The translations under genes were made by a program, and so were the position numbers. Positions 29,783 through 41,307 of a stretch of DNA of 64,000 nt are shown here, piece by piece. The notes under the pieces are model-generated. The model worked only from the letters and a program-made list of their open reading frames with translations. It had not been told where the DNA came from and did not search any database. Each line of letters begins with the position of its first letter. Position 1 is the first letter of the stretch. The stretch is from Nostoc sp. (GTDB lineage: Bacteria > Cyanobacteriota > Cyanobacteriia > Cyanobacteriales > Nostocaceae): positions 32,001 to 96,000 of the forward strand of contig JBALDB010000046.1 of NCBI GenBank assembly GCA_036918135.1, read 5' to 3'.

Positions 29783-29938
29783 TTTTCAATTTTAGATTTG
29801 AGATTTTGGATTTTTTTATGGTTCATGCCTCATCCATTGTGGGTCGAACAAATCTCAAATCATCAATCTAAAGTCTTTAAGCCTCTTACCCTCGTGGTCT
29901 GTTTCAATTCAAAATCGCAAATCTAAAATCTAAAATTG
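29783..29938. repeat. inverted STRR (ATTTTAG/CTAAAAT-type) tracts enclosing a spacer
   Basis: ATTTTAGATTTGAGATTTTGG ... AAAATCGCAAATCTAAAATCTAAAATT; similar architecture at 40354-40507. Confidence 0.65.
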
Positions 29939-30290
29939 GTTGACGATTGTTATTAGTAGTAGCGTCTTTTTAAGGTAACAGGAGAAAAAGGTATAATATC
30001 AAACTGGCTTAATATTGAGAATGAAAACTGACGCAAACACGAGGCAGGTATTAACGGCGGATTTTCCGACTTGTACTCCTTGAGAGAATCCGAAGGGTAG
30101 CGACTACCATGCAAAGAGAAGTTTGAGCTAGGGCTATAGAACGGGTTTTGCTTTGGAAGTAACGACGATAGTTGTACCATCGCGTCAAAGAATATGGGAA
30201 TGTAAAAAGTTTTCATTTATTAAGTAATTAACCGGATTTGAGATACAAACCTCCAAACCTGTTAGTGCTGCCAATTTTTGAGGAAATTGA

Positions 30291-32396
30291 ATGCCAAAAC
30301 AAATTATTATCGCGGAGCAGCACCAAATTGCTGCGGTTTTTTCTGAAGATCAGATACAGGAACTGGTTGTTGCTACAGGTCATCATCAAATAGGTGATAT
30401 CTATTTAGGAGTAGTAGAAAATGTATTACCTGGGATAGATGCGGCTTTTGTCAATATTGGAGACCCAGAGCGCAACGGATTTATTCATGTCACTGATTTG
30501 GGTCCGTTAAAGTTAAAGCGTACCGCAGCGGCAATCACAGAATTATTAGCACCACAACAGAAAGTGTTGGTGCAAGTGATGAAAGAACCAACGGGGACAA
30601 AAGGACCGAGGCTTACGGGTAATATTACTTTACCCGGACGCTATGTCGTACTAATGCCCTACGGTAGAGGCGTAAATTTATCCCGACGAATTAAAAGTGA
30701 AAGCGAGCGCAACCGCTTGCGGGCACTAGCCATTTTGATCAAACCGGCGGGAATGGGTTTGCTTGTACGTACAGAAGCAGAAGGCAAACCAGAAGAAGCA
30801 ATAATGGAAGATTTAGAGGTGCTACAAAAGCAATGGGAAGCAATCCAGCAAGAAGCCCATTCCACTCGCGCCCCAGCATTGCTCAACCGGGACGATGACT
30901 TTATTCAGCGCGTATTGCGAGATATGTACGGCGCGGATGTAAATCGGATTGTTGTGGATTCCAGTACTGGTTTGAAGCGAGTTAAACAGTACTTGCAGAA
31001 TTGGAGTGGAGGTCAAACACCTCAAGGATTGTTAATTGACCATCATCGCGATCGCTCGCCAATTTTAGAGTATTTCCGGATCAATGCCGCTATTCGAGAA
31101 GCCCTAAAACCAAGAGTAGACCTACCTTCTGGAGGATACATTATCATTCAGCCAACTGAGGCATTAACAGTAATTGATGTTAACTCAGGTTCGTTCACGC
31201 GATCGGCAACAGCTAGAGAAACAGTGTTGTGGACAAACTGTGAAGCTGCAACAGAAATTGCTCGTCAGTTACGTCTGCGAAATATCGCTGGAGTGATTGT
31301 GGTTGATTTTATTGATATGGAATCGCGACGCGATCAACTGCAAGTCCTCGAACACTTTAATAAAGCGCTCAAAGCAGACAAAGCTCGTCCCCAGATTGCT
31401 CAACTAACTGAACTGGGTTTAGTAGAACTGACTCGCAAGCGTCAGGGTCAAAATATTTACGAATTGTTTGGTGAAACTTGTCCCACCTGTGGTGGTCTAG
31501 GACATACTGTGCGTCTACCTGGAGAAATCGAAAACCGATTGCCCACACCAACAGAAATACCAGAACGCGAGCGTTTTGTATCTCCTTTACCTCATAGAGA
31601 ACCACGTCAGCCATCGGCGCGCATCCCAGAACCACGAGAAACCTATGATGGATTTGGGGAATCATTCGATGCCGACTCGGAATTGAGTAATCTCAATCTG
31701 ATCAATCATCCTAGTTATCAAGAACTTAATGATAATAAACGTCGTACCCGCACTCGCCGCAGTCGGATTGGTAGTATCAATGGATTAAACGGGAAAGATG
31801 AAGCCCGGACTAGTACTAATCCACTGGCTTTTAGCAATGAGCCAGACTTAGACCTTGATGTTGAACCAGAACTAGGAGTAACACCAGAGATTCCTTCGCC
31901 GACCCTTGGTAAATCAGGTTGGAGTGAAAGAATAGAGCGCACTAAAATTACTAAGGCAGATCCAGTCAAACCAGTGGTAGAACCACCGGAAATTAGAACT
32001 GTAGAAATGACGCTCCAGGAACAGGATATGTTTGCCTTAATGGGAATCTCTCCCTTGGTGAAATTGGAGCAAGAAGTTAAGAATTCCAAGTCTGTGATTA
32101 TTAACGTAATTCAGCCCGGTCAACTGCCAACAACACCAACTGAATCAGTTCCAGAATCAACTACTGCTCAAAGAGCAACATCTGAACTTGCGCCCAGCAG
32201 AATACCGATACCAAAGGTTATTGAGCCAGAACAAAAATCATTAATCCAAGAGACAGCTCAAGAGGCAACTGAACTATCAGGGTTTACTGACACTCCTTCA
32301 GAAGGCTTGACGAACGTAGATGAGAGTGACGCTAATAGCACTGCTACTGCCAACCGTCGCCGCCGCCGTCGTTCCTCGGCGCTTGAGGACAATTAA
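30291..32396 (+). CDS. rne: ribonuclease E
   Basis: GDIYLGVVENVLPGIDAAFV S1 domain, IDVNSG, DFIDM, CPTCGG; disordered C-terminus ending RRRRRRSSA. Confidence 0.96.
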   Translation: MPKQIIIAEQHQIAAVFSEDQIQELVVATGHHQIGDIYLGVVENVLPGIDAAFVNIGDPERNGFIHVTDLGPLKLKRTAAAITELLAPQQKVLVQVMKEPTGTKGPRLTGNITLPGRYVVLMPYGRGVNLSRRIKSESERNRLRALAILIKPAGMGLLVRTEAEGKPEEAIMEDLEVLQKQWEAIQQEAHSTRAPALLNRDDDFIQRVLRDMYGADVNRIVVDSSTGLKRVKQYLQNWSGGQTPQGLLIDHHRDRSPILEYFRINAAIREALKPRVDLPSGGYIIIQPTEALTVIDVNSGSFTRSATARETVLWTNCEAATEIARQLRLRNIAGVIVVDFIDMESRRDQLQVLEHFNKALKADKARPQIAQLTELGLVELTRKRQGQNIYELFGETCPTCGGLGHTVRLPGEIENRLPTPTEIPERERFVSPLPHREPRQPSARIPEPRETYDGFGESFDADSELSNLNLINHPSYQELNDNKRRTRTRRSRIGSINGLNGKDEARTSTNPLAFSNEPDLDLDVEPELGVTPEIPSPTLGKSGWSERIERTKITKADPVKPVVEPPEIRTVEMTLQEQDMFALMGISPLVKLEQEVKNSKSVIINVIQPGQLPTTPTESVPESTTAQRATSELAPSRIPIPKVIEPEQKSLIQETAQEATELSGFTDTPSEGLTNVDESDANSTATANRRRRRRSSALEDN

Positions 32397-32404
32397 TTTA
32401 CCTT

Positions 32405-33082
32405 ATGGTAGAAATACAGCAAACAGCTCCCATTCGTTCGCCAACACCTTTGGAAAAATCCAGTTGGCTGGAGTTTTCTACCTTATCAGGGATTCCAGGA
32501 CTAGTTGCAGGTGTAGATGAAGTAGGGCGAGGCGCTTTATTTGGGCCTGTGGTAGCGGCTGCGGTGATACTCCCAGATTGTGCTTTGCCAAAACTAATGG
32601 CAGCCAAAATTCAAGACAGTAAAAAGTTATCTAGTCCAAGAAGAACTCAGCTAGCACAACAAATTTGTGAGCTAGCTGTAGATTGGAAAATTGGGTTTGC
32701 TTCCAGTGCAGAAATTGACAAAATAAATATTCTGCAAGCGACGCTGTTAGCAATGAAGCGGGCTGTACTGAAGTTAAAGGTACAGCCTGTACTCTGCTTA
32801 GTTGATGGCAATCAGTCAATCAAAGATTTGCTACTGCCCCAACAAACAATAGTCAAAGGAGACGAGCGATCGCTTACTATTGCCTCTGCTAGTATTGTCG
32901 CCAAAGTTTGGCGTGACGATCTGATAATGCGTCTAGCATCAAAATACCCGATGTATAACTTGGAGTATAACAAGGGTTATGGTAGCCAGCACCACTTGCT
33001 AGCTCTGCAACAATACGGCCCTTGTCCCCTACATCGCAAGTCTTTTCGTCCTTGTCAAATCAAAATACTTGATAATAAGTGA
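32405..33082 (+). CDS. rnhB: ribonuclease HII
   Basis: AGVDEVGRGALFGPVVAAAV, DSKKL, ASIVAKVWRD, NKGYG. Confidence 0.96.
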   Translation: MVEIQQTAPIRSPTPLEKSSWLEFSTLSGIPGLVAGVDEVGRGALFGPVVAAAVILPDCALPKLMAAKIQDSKKLSSPRRTQLAQQICELAVDWKIGFASSAEIDKINILQATLLAMKRAVLKLKVQPVLCLVDGNQSIKDLLLPQQTIVKGDERSLTIASASIVAKVWRDDLIMRLASKYPMYNLEYNKGYGSQHHLLALQQYGPCPLHRKSFRPCQIKILDNK

Positions 33083-33090
33083 TTTAATAA

Positions 33091-33678
33091 TTACTCAGGA
33101 TTCAATATTGGTAATTCAGCACTCTCACCCTCAAGTTCTTTATCCTTTATTTGTGATATCACCCAGTAGTGATAATCTGCTAAAAGTTGATGTAATAAGC
33201 GTTGCTTGATTGTTAAGAGTACACTTTTGAGCAAACCATTGCCAGCAGCCTCTAAAATTGGCTTTGGAGTCAGAGAAAATGGCGGTGGCAGCTCCACCTG
33301 TACTTCCAAATCAGCTCTTCCTTGTAAACGAGTGCCAGTGCTTAACCGTTTGGGAGACAAATATCCTTTTAAATTGAGAGCAAAACGCTGATTAATAAAC
33401 TCGAAACCCAGGATTTCACAGCGTAGCGATCGCAAATAAATTATGCCATTTGATTCAGCCCAAACTCTCATATCTACAGTCGGTTGAATACTCACTGACA
33501 TAAAATTTAGCGGACGCATTTTCAAGCGAAATACGTCTTCAGAAAGTTGCTGAATTCGGGTATTGTCAACCAAAGCCTTAACCAGACGTTGAGGCTGACG
33601 TAAATAGTGTTGAATCGGAATAGACTCCTGTGGAACAGCGATTTCAACCGATTGGGAGGCAGTAAACCGGATAGCCAT
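33091..33678 (-). CDS. DUF1997 domain protein
   Basis: FTASQSVEIAV...YLRQPQRLV...LE.AGNGLL..VL. Confidence 0.8.
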   Translation of the reverse strand: MAIRFTASQSVEIAVPQESIPIQHYLRQPQRLVKALVDNTRIQQLSEDVFRLKMRPLNFMSVSIQPTVDMRVWAESNGIIYLRSLRCEILGFEFINQRFALNLKGYLSPKRLSTGTRLQGRADLEVQVELPPPFSLTPKPILEAAGNGLLKSVLLTIKQRLLHQLLADYHYWVISQIKDKELEGESAELPILNPE

Positions 33679-33904
33679 GAGCAGATAAAAGTATTTGTTT
33701 CTTAATTTTAAGATTTTTTAATAAACTAAATCCAAATACACAAAAGTAGAAAGTTTATTTATACCTTTAGTCATATATATTAGGAGAGAATTAATTGCTC
33801 AAAGCTCTTTAGCAACCAGCTTTATACTCAGTATTAAGTACTTTGTACTTGAGTATACCAGATAAAATTTTTTTATAAATCCTCTCAATCCCAAGGCTAA
33901 AGAC

Positions 33905-34777
33905 ATGACTATATCGATCGCACATTTAGGACCTGCCGGCACTTACTCAGAACAAGCAGCTGTTTTTTATGCCAACTGGCTGGGCAAAAGTACGGGAGTT
34001 GAAGCTATGTTATGCCCCTATCCCAGTATCTCCCAATCACTGCACGCCGTTGCTAACGGTCGAGCACACTTGGCTGTTGTCCCGGTGGAAAATTCTATTG
34101 AAGGCAGCGTAACCATGACGCTAGATACAGTCTGGCAATTGGACGGGTTGCAAATTCAGTTGGCCTTGGTATTACCCATTGTCCATAATTTAATTTCTTG
34201 TGCGACTAGCCTAGATAACATTCAAACTGTTTACTCTCATCCACAAGCCTTGGCACAATGTCAGGTATGGTTAGAGCAATTCCTGCCAAGGGTACAGATT
34301 ATTGCAAATAATTCCACAACCGAAGTACTAGAGCGATTGGAACAAGATCCAACAATAGCAACGATCGCCTCTAGTAGAGCGGCTCAACTCTACAATCTAC
34401 CGATACTTGCCAGTGGTATTAACGATTATCCAGAAAACTTTACTCGTTTTTGGGTAGTAAGTCACCCTCAAGTAAACCCTGGCTCTGGAAGGTTAAAATC
34501 ACATGGTAGTCATACATCTCTAGCTTTTAGTGTACCTGCCAATATTCCAGGAGCGTTAGTCAAACCTTTACAAATATTTGCTCAACTAGGAATTAACCTA
34601 AGTCGGATTGAATCTCGTCCAACGAAGCGATCGCTAGGCGAATATTTGTTTTTCATTGATGTAGAAGCAGATACTAACCAAACACATATGCAATCTGCTT
34701 TGACCGAATTAAGTATTTACACAGAGATTCTCAAAATTATGGGCAGTTACAATGTTTTACCAGTAAGCGCTCTTTAG
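33905..34777 (+). CDS. pheA: prephenate dehydratase
   Basis: LGPAGTYSE, VPVENSIEGSV, SHPQALAQC, N.TRF, IESRP ACT domain. Confidence 0.96.
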   Translation: MTISIAHLGPAGTYSEQAAVFYANWLGKSTGVEAMLCPYPSISQSLHAVANGRAHLAVVPVENSIEGSVTMTLDTVWQLDGLQIQLALVLPIVHNLISCATSLDNIQTVYSHPQALAQCQVWLEQFLPRVQIIANNSTTEVLERLEQDPTIATIASSRAAQLYNLPILASGINDYPENFTRFWVVSHPQVNPGSGRLKSHGSHTSLAFSVPANIPGALVKPLQIFAQLGINLSRIESRPTKRSLGEYLFFIDVEADTNQTHMQSALTELSIYTEILKIMGSYNVLPVSAL

Positions 34778-34837
34778 TAATTTATGCTTTATCTTTTGCA
34801 ATTATCAATGACCAATCACTGATAATTAAATAACTAC

Positions 34838-35488
34838 TCACGAGTTCTGATTAAATGTGTCTTTCAGAACAGCCCGAGCTGCCAAGTGATTACGAGTAGA
34901 AGTTAAAATTTCTGCTTCCCGCTCTAGTCGAGTTGCAGTATCTTGCATTTCTAGCAATAACTGTTGTTCTGCCGCAACACCATATAGGTTACTTGCTACC
35001 CAATAAGATAGCTCTATTGGCAGGTCGGGCAAATCATCTGGCAACTCTATATTTTGTTCGGTTAATTTGGCTGACAGACGCACAACATCCCGTAATAGTT
35101 GTTCTACTTCTGAAGACAAAGGTCGTAAATCTTTAGTTGGTGGGTGGTCTTCAATCCACTCTACTAAACCAACACGGTATGGCTTTTCACGAACGTATTC
35201 TAATACACGAAATCTTTGTTGCCCCAGAGTCAGCATTTTCATCCGGTCGTCTGGCAGCCGTTGATGATGAACGATTTCGGCGCAGCACCCAGTATTTGCA
35301 ATTGTACCTTTAACTGGATCGAACATCAGAACACCGAACCTGCGATCGCTCTCCAAAATTGTGTTCATCATGATTCGGTAGCGAAATTCAAAGATATGCA
35401 GGGGCAATGGTCTGGTAGGAAACAGAACTACTTCGGGTAACGGGAACAGAGGTAGTTCGCGAACTGCAATTTTAGAAGATGATGTCAT
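34838..35488 (-). CDS. LON peptidase substrate-binding domain protein
   Basis: LPLFPLPEVVLFP...LPLHIFEFRYRIM. Confidence 0.9.
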   Translation of the reverse strand: MTSSSKIAVRELPLFPLPEVVLFPTRPLPLHIFEFRYRIMMNTILESDRRFGVLMFDPVKGTIANTGCCAEIVHHQRLPDDRMKMLTLGQQRFRVLEYVREKPYRVGLVEWIEDHPPTKDLRPLSSEVEQLLRDVVRLSAKLTEQNIELPDDLPDLPIELSYWVASNLYGVAAEQQLLLEMQDTATRLEREAEILTSTRNHLAARAVLKDTFNQNS

Positions 35489-35581
35489 TGTTACCTTAGT
35501 ATATACTTAATCTTTAAAATTTATTTTTCTCTGCTTTTCCCGTAATATGTCTACATTCTATCATTTGTTTTGCAGCTAAAT

Positions 35582-35611
35582 AAAAAGCCCTGAGATATAT
35601 TTCTTCAGGGC
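35582..35611 (-). terminator. terminator after rpsJ
   Basis: GCCCTGA...TCAGGGC stem followed by TTTTT on the minus strand. Confidence 0.7.
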
Positions 35612-35650
35612 AAGGTAAATATTCATACTAATGTCTTTTGTCATTTGTCC

Positions 35651-35716
35651 TTTGTCCTCTCTTACAAAGTTAAGGCAGTCCGTTGGCGGGGTTCCCCCGC
35701 TTAAAGGAACTGCCGT
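35651..35716 (+). repeat. 66-bp dispersed hairpin repeat, copy 1
   Basis: 58/66 identical to 41242-41307 by hand alignment. Confidence 0.85.
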
Positions 35717-35807
35717 CTGTTCAGAGGAAACCTCGCAAGAGACTTTGCGCTTTGTCATTTGTCTTTCTTCTTCGACTAATGACTAATGACCAATAACTAA
35801 TGACTAA

Positions 35808-36125
35808 TTATAGTTTTACTTCAATATCTACACCCGATGGTAGATCCAATTTCATCAAGGCATCAATGGTTTTAGAAGATGGCTGGTAGATGTCAATAAT
35901 TCGGCGATGAGTACGGGTTTCAAAGTGTTCCCGTGAATCTTTATCTACGTGAGGCGATCGCAGCACACAGTAGATTCGGCGTTTTGTTGGTAAAGGAATT
36001 GGGCCTATAGCTGTAGCATTAGTGCGGTTAGCTGTATCTACAATCTTCTCGCAAGATGTATCTAGTAAGCGTCGGTCAAAAGCTTGTAAGCGAATTCTAA
36101 TTTTCTGCTGCTGTAGAGTTGCCAT
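35808..36125 (-). CDS. rpsJ: 30S ribosomal protein S10
   Basis: [15 protein letters not shown]...GPIPLPT...[14 protein letters not shown]; start trimmed to MATLQ. Confidence 0.97.
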   Translation of the reverse strand: MATLQQQKIRIRLQAFDRRLLDTSCEKIVDTANRTNATAIGPIPLPTKRRIYCVLRSPHVDKDSREHFETRTHRRIIDIYQPSSKTIDALMKLDLPSGVDIEVKL

Positions 36126-36240
36126 CTTTAATTGTCCAGGTTCTGCGTAATTAGGGGAGTAGTGAGTGGGGAGTGGGGATGAGAGAGACAGCATGTATGT
36201 TGATATCTTTTTTCCCTACTCCCTTTAATTAAAGGAATAG

Positions 36241-36278
36241 AAAGGAGCAGAGAGGCATCATACCATCTCTGCTCCTTT
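36241..36278 (-). terminator. stem-loop after tuf
   Basis: AAAGGAGCAGAG...CTCTGCTCCTTT 12-bp stem. Confidence 0.7.
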
Positions 36279-36296
36279 GTTATGAGCAAAAAGGTG

Positions 36297-37526
36297 CTAT
36301 TTCAGAATTTTGGAGACAACACCAGCACCGATGGTGCGACCACCTTCACGAATGGCGAAGCGCATTCCTTGTTCAATAGCGATCGGGTTGATCAACTCTA
36401 CTGTCATTTTGATGCGATCGCCTGGCATCACCATTTCAGCATCACTACCATCATCGGAAGTAAAGGTTTTGATAGTACCAGTTACATCAGTTGTCCGTAC
36501 GTAGAACTGAGGACGGTAACCAGCAAAGAATGGAGTCTTACGACCACCTTCTTTTTCTGTCAAAACGTATACTTCACCTTCAAATTGAGTGTGAGGCGTA
36601 ATCGAACCAGGTTTAGCAATTACCATACCCCGTTCAATATCAGCCTTTTGAATACCTCTGAGTAGTACGCCAGCGTTATCCCCTGCCATACCTTGGTCGA
36701 GACTCTTCTTGAACATCTCAATCCCAGTTACGGTGGTGGCGCGAGTATCTCTGATACCCACTAGTTCAACGTTATCGCCGACTTTTACTACGCCCCGTTC
36801 AATCCGACCAGTGGCAACAGTACCACGACCTGTGATGGAGAATACGTCTTCTACAGCCATCAGGAAGGGCTTATCAACATCCCGTTCGGGGGTAGGAATG
36901 TAAGAATCAACAGCATCCATCAGTTCGTAGATTTTGTCTACCCACTTATTTTCTCCCCGTTGGGTCTTGGGATTCTTGGTCATTGCTTCTAAAGCTTGCA
37001 GACCAGAACCTTTGATGATGGGGATGTCATCGCCAGGGAAATCGTAACTGGAAAGCAATTCCCGCAGTTCTAGTTCTACTAGTTCCAAAAGTTCTTCGTC
37101 ATCCATCAAGTCTTCTTTGTTCAAGAAGACAACCAAGCTAGGAACGCCGACCTGTTTTGCTAGCAGGATGTGTTCGCGGGTTTGGGGCATAGGACCATCA
37201 GTAGCAGCAACTACGAGGATGCCACCATCCATTTGGGCTGCACCAGTGATCATGTTTTTCACATAGTCAGCGTGTCCGGGACAGTCTACGTGAGCATAGT
37301 GCCGCTTTTCGGTTTCATACTCTACGTGAGCGGTATTAATTGTAATACCGCGCGCCTTTTCTTCTGGTGCATTATCGATTTGGTCGTAGCCCTTAGCTAC
37401 AGCCTGACCGAGAGCTGCCAAGGTCATAGTGATGGCTGCTGTCAAGGTAGTTTTACCGTGGTCAACGTGGCCAACTGTACCAATATTAATGTGGGGTTTA
37501 TTCCTTTCAAACTTTGCGCGTGCCAT
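36297..37526 (-). CDS. tuf: elongation factor Tu
   Basis: [32 protein letters not shown]. Confidence 0.99.
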   Translation of the reverse strand: MARAKFERNKPHINIGTVGHVDHGKTTLTAAITMTLAALGQAVAKGYDQIDNAPEEKARGITINTAHVEYETEKRHYAHVDCPGHADYVKNMITGAAQMDGGILVVAATDGPMPQTREHILLAKQVGVPSLVVFLNKEDLMDDEELLELVELELRELLSSYDFPGDDIPIIKGSGLQALEAMTKNPKTQRGENKWVDKIYELMDAVDSYIPTPERDVDKPFLMAVEDVFSITGRGTVATGRIERGVVKVGDNVELVGIRDTRATTVTGIEMFKKSLDQGMAGDNAGVLLRGIQKADIERGMVIAKPGSITPHTQFEGEVYVLTEKEGGRKTPFFAGYRPQFYVRTTDVTGTIKTFTSDDGSDAEMVMPGDRIKMTVELINPIAIEQGMRFAIREGGRTIGAGVVSKILK

Positions 37527-37548
37527 GAATCCTCGTTTCCTTTTTTAA

Positions 37549-39627
37549 TTAAGCGTTCCCTTTGCTTTTTGCAATGATAGTTTCAGCTACGCTCTTGGGC
37601 ACCTCTTCGTAATGGCTGAACTCCATCGTGAAGATACCACGACCTTGGGTCTTCGATCGGATATCAGTGGCGTAGCCGAACATAGTTGCCAGTGGAACTT
37701 TGGATGCCACCTTAGAGAGTCCCTGTTCAGTGCTTTGGCTTTCAATCTGCCCCCGGCGGGAGATGAGGTCGCCAATCACGTTCCCCATAAAGTCTTCAGG
37801 AACTTCCACTTCAACTTTCATCATAGGCTCTAATAGTACTGGTGAAGCTTTAAGCACAGCTTCTTTCATTGCCATTGAGCCAGCAATTTTAAAAGCCATT
37901 TCCGAAGAGTCTACATCGTGGTATGACCCATCAATCAGCGTTGCTTTGACATCAATCAATGGATATCCAGCCAGAACTCCTGATTCACAGCTTTCTTTCA
38001 TTCCTTGTTCTGCGGGGCCAATGTACTCTTTCGGTACAACACCACCAACAATTTTGGAGACGAACTCAAAACCACTGCCAGGATCTCCTGGCTGTAAATC
38101 GATTACAACGTGACCGTATTGACCTTTACCACCACTTTGGCGGATGAATTTACCTTCAACTCTAGTTACGTGCTTACGAATTGTTTCGCGGTAAGCTACT
38201 TGCGGCGCACCAACATTGGCTTCCACTTTGAATTCGCGTAACATCCGGTCTACCAGAATTTCTAAGTGTAGTTCTCCCATCCCGGCAATTACGGTTTGGT
38301 TGGTTTCTGGATCGACGCTGACGCGGAAGGTTGGGTCTTCTTCTGAGAGAGATTGCAGAGCTTTGGACAGTTTGTCCATGTCGTTCTTGGTTTTGGGTTC
38401 AACCGCTACCGAGATTACAGGCTCAGGAATGAATAGAGATTCTAGAATTACTGGCGAAGCATCATCACAGAGCGTGTCACCTGTCAAGGTGTCTTTCAAT
38501 CCTAAGGCTGCTCCTAAATCACCCGCACGCAATTCCTCGACATCTTGCCGTTCATCTGCCTTCATCAGAACTAAGCGGGAAATCCGTTCTTTTTTATTCT
38601 TAGTGGCGTTGAGAACGTAGCTACCTTTTTTCAACACACCAGAATAAACACGAACAAATGTCAGACGCCCGTAAGGGTCGGCCATAATCTTGAATGCCAG
38701 AGCCGATAGGGGTTCGTTGTCATCAGCCCGCCGCTCAACAGTATCGCCATTCGGCAATATGCCTTGAATTGGGGGTACTTCACTTGGTGCTGGCAGGTAA
38801 TCGACAACCGCATCCAGCATCAACTGCACGCCTTTGTTTTTAAACGCTGAGCCACAAAGCACTGGCACAATAGTGCCCGCAATTGTACCTTTACGTAAAG
38901 CAGTACGGATTTCGTCTTCTGTAAGTTCTTCACCCTCGAAGTACTTAGTCATCAGATCGTCATCGGTTTCTGCTACAGCTTCGATGAGCTTGGTACGGTA
39001 TTCTTCTACCAGCTCTTGCAAGTCAGCAGGGATATCCGTTTCTTGGATATCAGTTCCTTGGTCGTTGTTATAAATGTAGGCACGCAACCTTACCAGGTCA
39101 ATAATACCCTTGAAGTCGTTTTCGCTACCAATTGGCAGTTGAATGGCGATCGCATTTGCCCGCAAGCGATCGCGCATTTGCTCGTGAACTTTATAAAAGT
39201 TCGCTCCTGTACGATCCATCTTGTTGATGAAGGCGATCCGAGGCACTTTATAGCGGTCTGCTTGTCGCCATACTGTCTCTGACTGGGGTTGCACGCCGCC
39301 CACAGAACAAAATACTGCGATTACACCATCCAAAACGCGCATGGAACGTTCAACTTCAATTGTGAAGTCTACGTGACCCGGAGTATCGATAATGTTAATT
39401 TGATGATCTTTCCAACTGGTACTAATAGCAGCAGCAGTAATGGTAATTCCCCTCTCCCGCTCCTGCTCCATCCAGTCTGTGACGGCAGTTCCTTCATGAA
39501 CTTCGCCAATTTTATGAATTATCCCAGAGTAAAATAATATTCTCTCTGTTGTTGTTGTTTTGCCCGCATCTATATGCGCCGCAATACCGATGTTGCGTAC
39601 TTTCTCTAGCGGGATCGTGCGTGCCAC
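37549..39627 (-). CDS. fusA: elongation factor G
   Basis: [34 protein letters not shown]. Confidence 0.99.
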   Translation of the reverse strand: MARTIPLEKVRNIGIAAHIDAGKTTTTERILFYSGIIHKIGEVHEGTAVTDWMEQERERGITITAAAISTSWKDHQINIIDTPGHVDFTIEVERSMRVLDGVIAVFCSVGGVQPQSETVWRQADRYKVPRIAFINKMDRTGANFYKVHEQMRDRLRANAIAIQLPIGSENDFKGIIDLVRLRAYIYNNDQGTDIQETDIPADLQELVEEYRTKLIEAVAETDDDLMTKYFEGEELTEDEIRTALRKGTIAGTIVPVLCGSAFKNKGVQLMLDAVVDYLPAPSEVPPIQGILPNGDTVERRADDNEPLSALAFKIMADPYGRLTFVRVYSGVLKKGSYVLNATKNKKERISRLVLMKADERQDVEELRAGDLGAALGLKDTLTGDTLCDDASPVILESLFIPEPVISVAVEPKTKNDMDKLSKALQSLSEEDPTFRVSVDPETNQTVIAGMGELHLEILVDRMLREFKVEANVGAPQVAYRETIRKHVTRVEGKFIRQSGGKGQYGHVVIDLQPGDPGSGFEFVSKIVGGVVPKEYIGPAEQGMKESCESGVLAGYPLIDVKATLIDGSYHDVDSSEMAFKIAGSMAMKEAVLKASPVLLEPMMKVEVEVPEDFMGNVIGDLISRRGQIESQSTEQGLSKVASKVPLATMFGYATDIRSKTQGRGIFTMEFSHYEEVPKSVAETIIAKSKGNA

Positions 39628-39767
39628 AATTACCTCCTATAGTTTTTGCCTCATGATATCTTGTATATTACTCTTTGTTAAGATTCTATACTTTTACGGA
39701 AAACCGTCTTTATTTTTGTCAATTTCACGATATACCGCTGATATGGAGCGATATATCGCTTTTCTGC

Positions 39768-40238
39768 TTAGTAGCGATAATGAGCAAATGCTTTATTCGC
39801 TTCCGCCATCCGGTGCGTTTCTTCGCGTTTGCGAATGGCATTTCCAGTTTCATTGGCAGCGTCCATTAACTCATTTGCCAATTTGCTGGCCATTGTACGC
39901 CCTGGTCTAGATCTAGAAAACTGCACCAGCCAACGTAGTGCTAGGGTAGTACCCCGTTCTGAACGCACTTCCATTGGTACTTGATAAGTTGCTCCGCCGA
40001 CGCGGCGAGCCTTGACTTCTACTAGAGGCGTAGCATTCCGCACTGCTCTTTCAAAAGTTTCTAAAGCATTATTACCAGTGCGTTCCTCAATAGTTTTTAA
40101 TGCATCATAAACAATCCTTGCGGCAAGCGATTTCTTGCCATGACGCATGATCCGCCTGATAATCATGCTCACAAGGCGACTGTTATATACGGAGTCAGAC
40201 GGAACTGGCCGCCTTTGAATAACACCACGACGAGACAT
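39768..40238 (-). CDS. rpsG: 30S ribosomal protein S7
   Basis: [11 protein letters not shown]...[14 protein letters not shown]. Confidence 0.99.
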   Translation of the reverse strand: MSRRGVIQRRPVPSDSVYNSRLVSMIIRRIMRHGKKSLAARIVYDALKTIEERTGNNALETFERAVRNATPLVEVKARRVGGATYQVPMEVRSERGTTLALRWLVQFSRSRPGRTMASKLANELMDAANETGNAIRKREETHRMAEANKAFAHYRY

Positions 40239-40772
40239 ACTTCACCTTTAATTCGGATTTGGCAACGAAATTATATGCTATCAGACACCGGAAACTAAAA
40301 GCGGTGGAACCCAACCCTCAGACTTCCTCAATTTTTTCGAGCGTTGCAGTTGCCAATTTTGAATTTGGGATTTGAGACTTGGGATTAAAAATTTTCGGTA
40401 CATATTCTGACGACAATCGTCAGAATAAATCAAAAATTAAGAGTCTGTAAGTCTCATTTACATCTGATTCAATAAATCCAAAATCGCAAATCTCAAATTT
40501 AAAATTGTTTGACTTGCTACCTGCAACTAAAATATTCAAGGCGACAAGATTATAAACCTAATGTCCAAATGAGAATTCTGTTGTCGTTACAGCATTCTCC
40601 TCACAAATTCTACACTTGCTCGCTGAGTGTAGGGTGTAGCTTGCTTGATTGCTTCAAAGCAAATACAACAGCCTTGATGACTGCTGCTAAAACCCAGGTG
40701 GCGATCGCTTTTGTCCGTGAGCATTTTTGGCCTAGGCGATTAATCGTGTTTAATGCGATTAATCGCCTAATC

Positions 40773-41156
40773 CTATTTTTTCGCTTGTTTTGGACGCTTG
40801 GTTCCATACTTGGAACGACCTTGCTTGCGGTCTTTAACTCCGGCTGTATCTAAGGTGCCACGGATTATGTGGTATCTCACGCCTGGTAAGTCCTTAACCC
40901 GACCGCCACGAATCATCACAACTGAGTGTTCTTGTAAGTTATGACCAATCCCTGGAATGTAAGCTGTGACTTCAAACCCAGAGGTTAGTCTTACCCTTGC
41001 TACTTTGCGTAGAGCTGAGTTAGGCTTTTTTGGTGTAGTCGTGTATACTCTGGTACAAACTCCCCGCCGTTGGGGGCATTGTTTCAGAGCTGGAGACTTA
41101 GTTTTCTGACGCGCTTGTTCGCGTTCATTACGTATTAGCTGCTGTATTGTTGGCAT
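40773..41156 (-). CDS. rpsL: 30S ribosomal protein S12
   Basis: MPTIQQL...[11 protein letters not shown]...[12 protein letters not shown]. Confidence 0.99.
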   Translation of the reverse strand: MPTIQQLIRNEREQARQKTKSPALKQCPQRRGVCTRVYTTTPKKPNSALRKVARVRLTSGFEVTAYIPGIGHNLQEHSVVMIRGGRVKDLPGVRYHIIRGTLDTAGVKDRKQGRSKYGTKRPKQAKK

Positions 41157-41241
41157 GAGTTACAGCGCGTAAAGCTGCTTATGGTCTAAGTTTTAACAAA
41201 TCCTGATTATATCGTTTTTTAGGGGTTCATGTCAATTATTA

Positions 41242-41307
41242 TTTGTCCTCTTTTACAAAGTTGAGGCAGTTTTTTGGCGCGGTTCCTCCGCTTAAAGGAA
41301 TTGCCGT
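41242..41307 (+). repeat. 66-bp dispersed hairpin repeat, copy 2
   Basis: 58/66 identical to 35651-35716, same orientation. Confidence 0.85.

Noticed and set aside
29953..30216. 87-aa minus-strand ORF upstream of rne
   Set aside because: No recognisable family or RBS; the region is better explained as structured RNA on the plus strand.
33845..33858. GTA-N8-TAC match upstream of pheA
   Set aside because: Part of a TACTCAG/TGAGTA palindromic repeat, with no TAN3T box at the 22-23 nt spacing.
36282..39910. Many plus-strand ORFs overlapping tuf, fusA and rpsG
   Set aside because: Antisense shadows caused by codon bias in highly expressed genes.
40509..40853. ORFs of 114 aa (+) and 65 aa (-) in the rpsL-rpsG spacer
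   Set aside because: They overlap rpsL and palindromic repeats and show no protein-like motifs.
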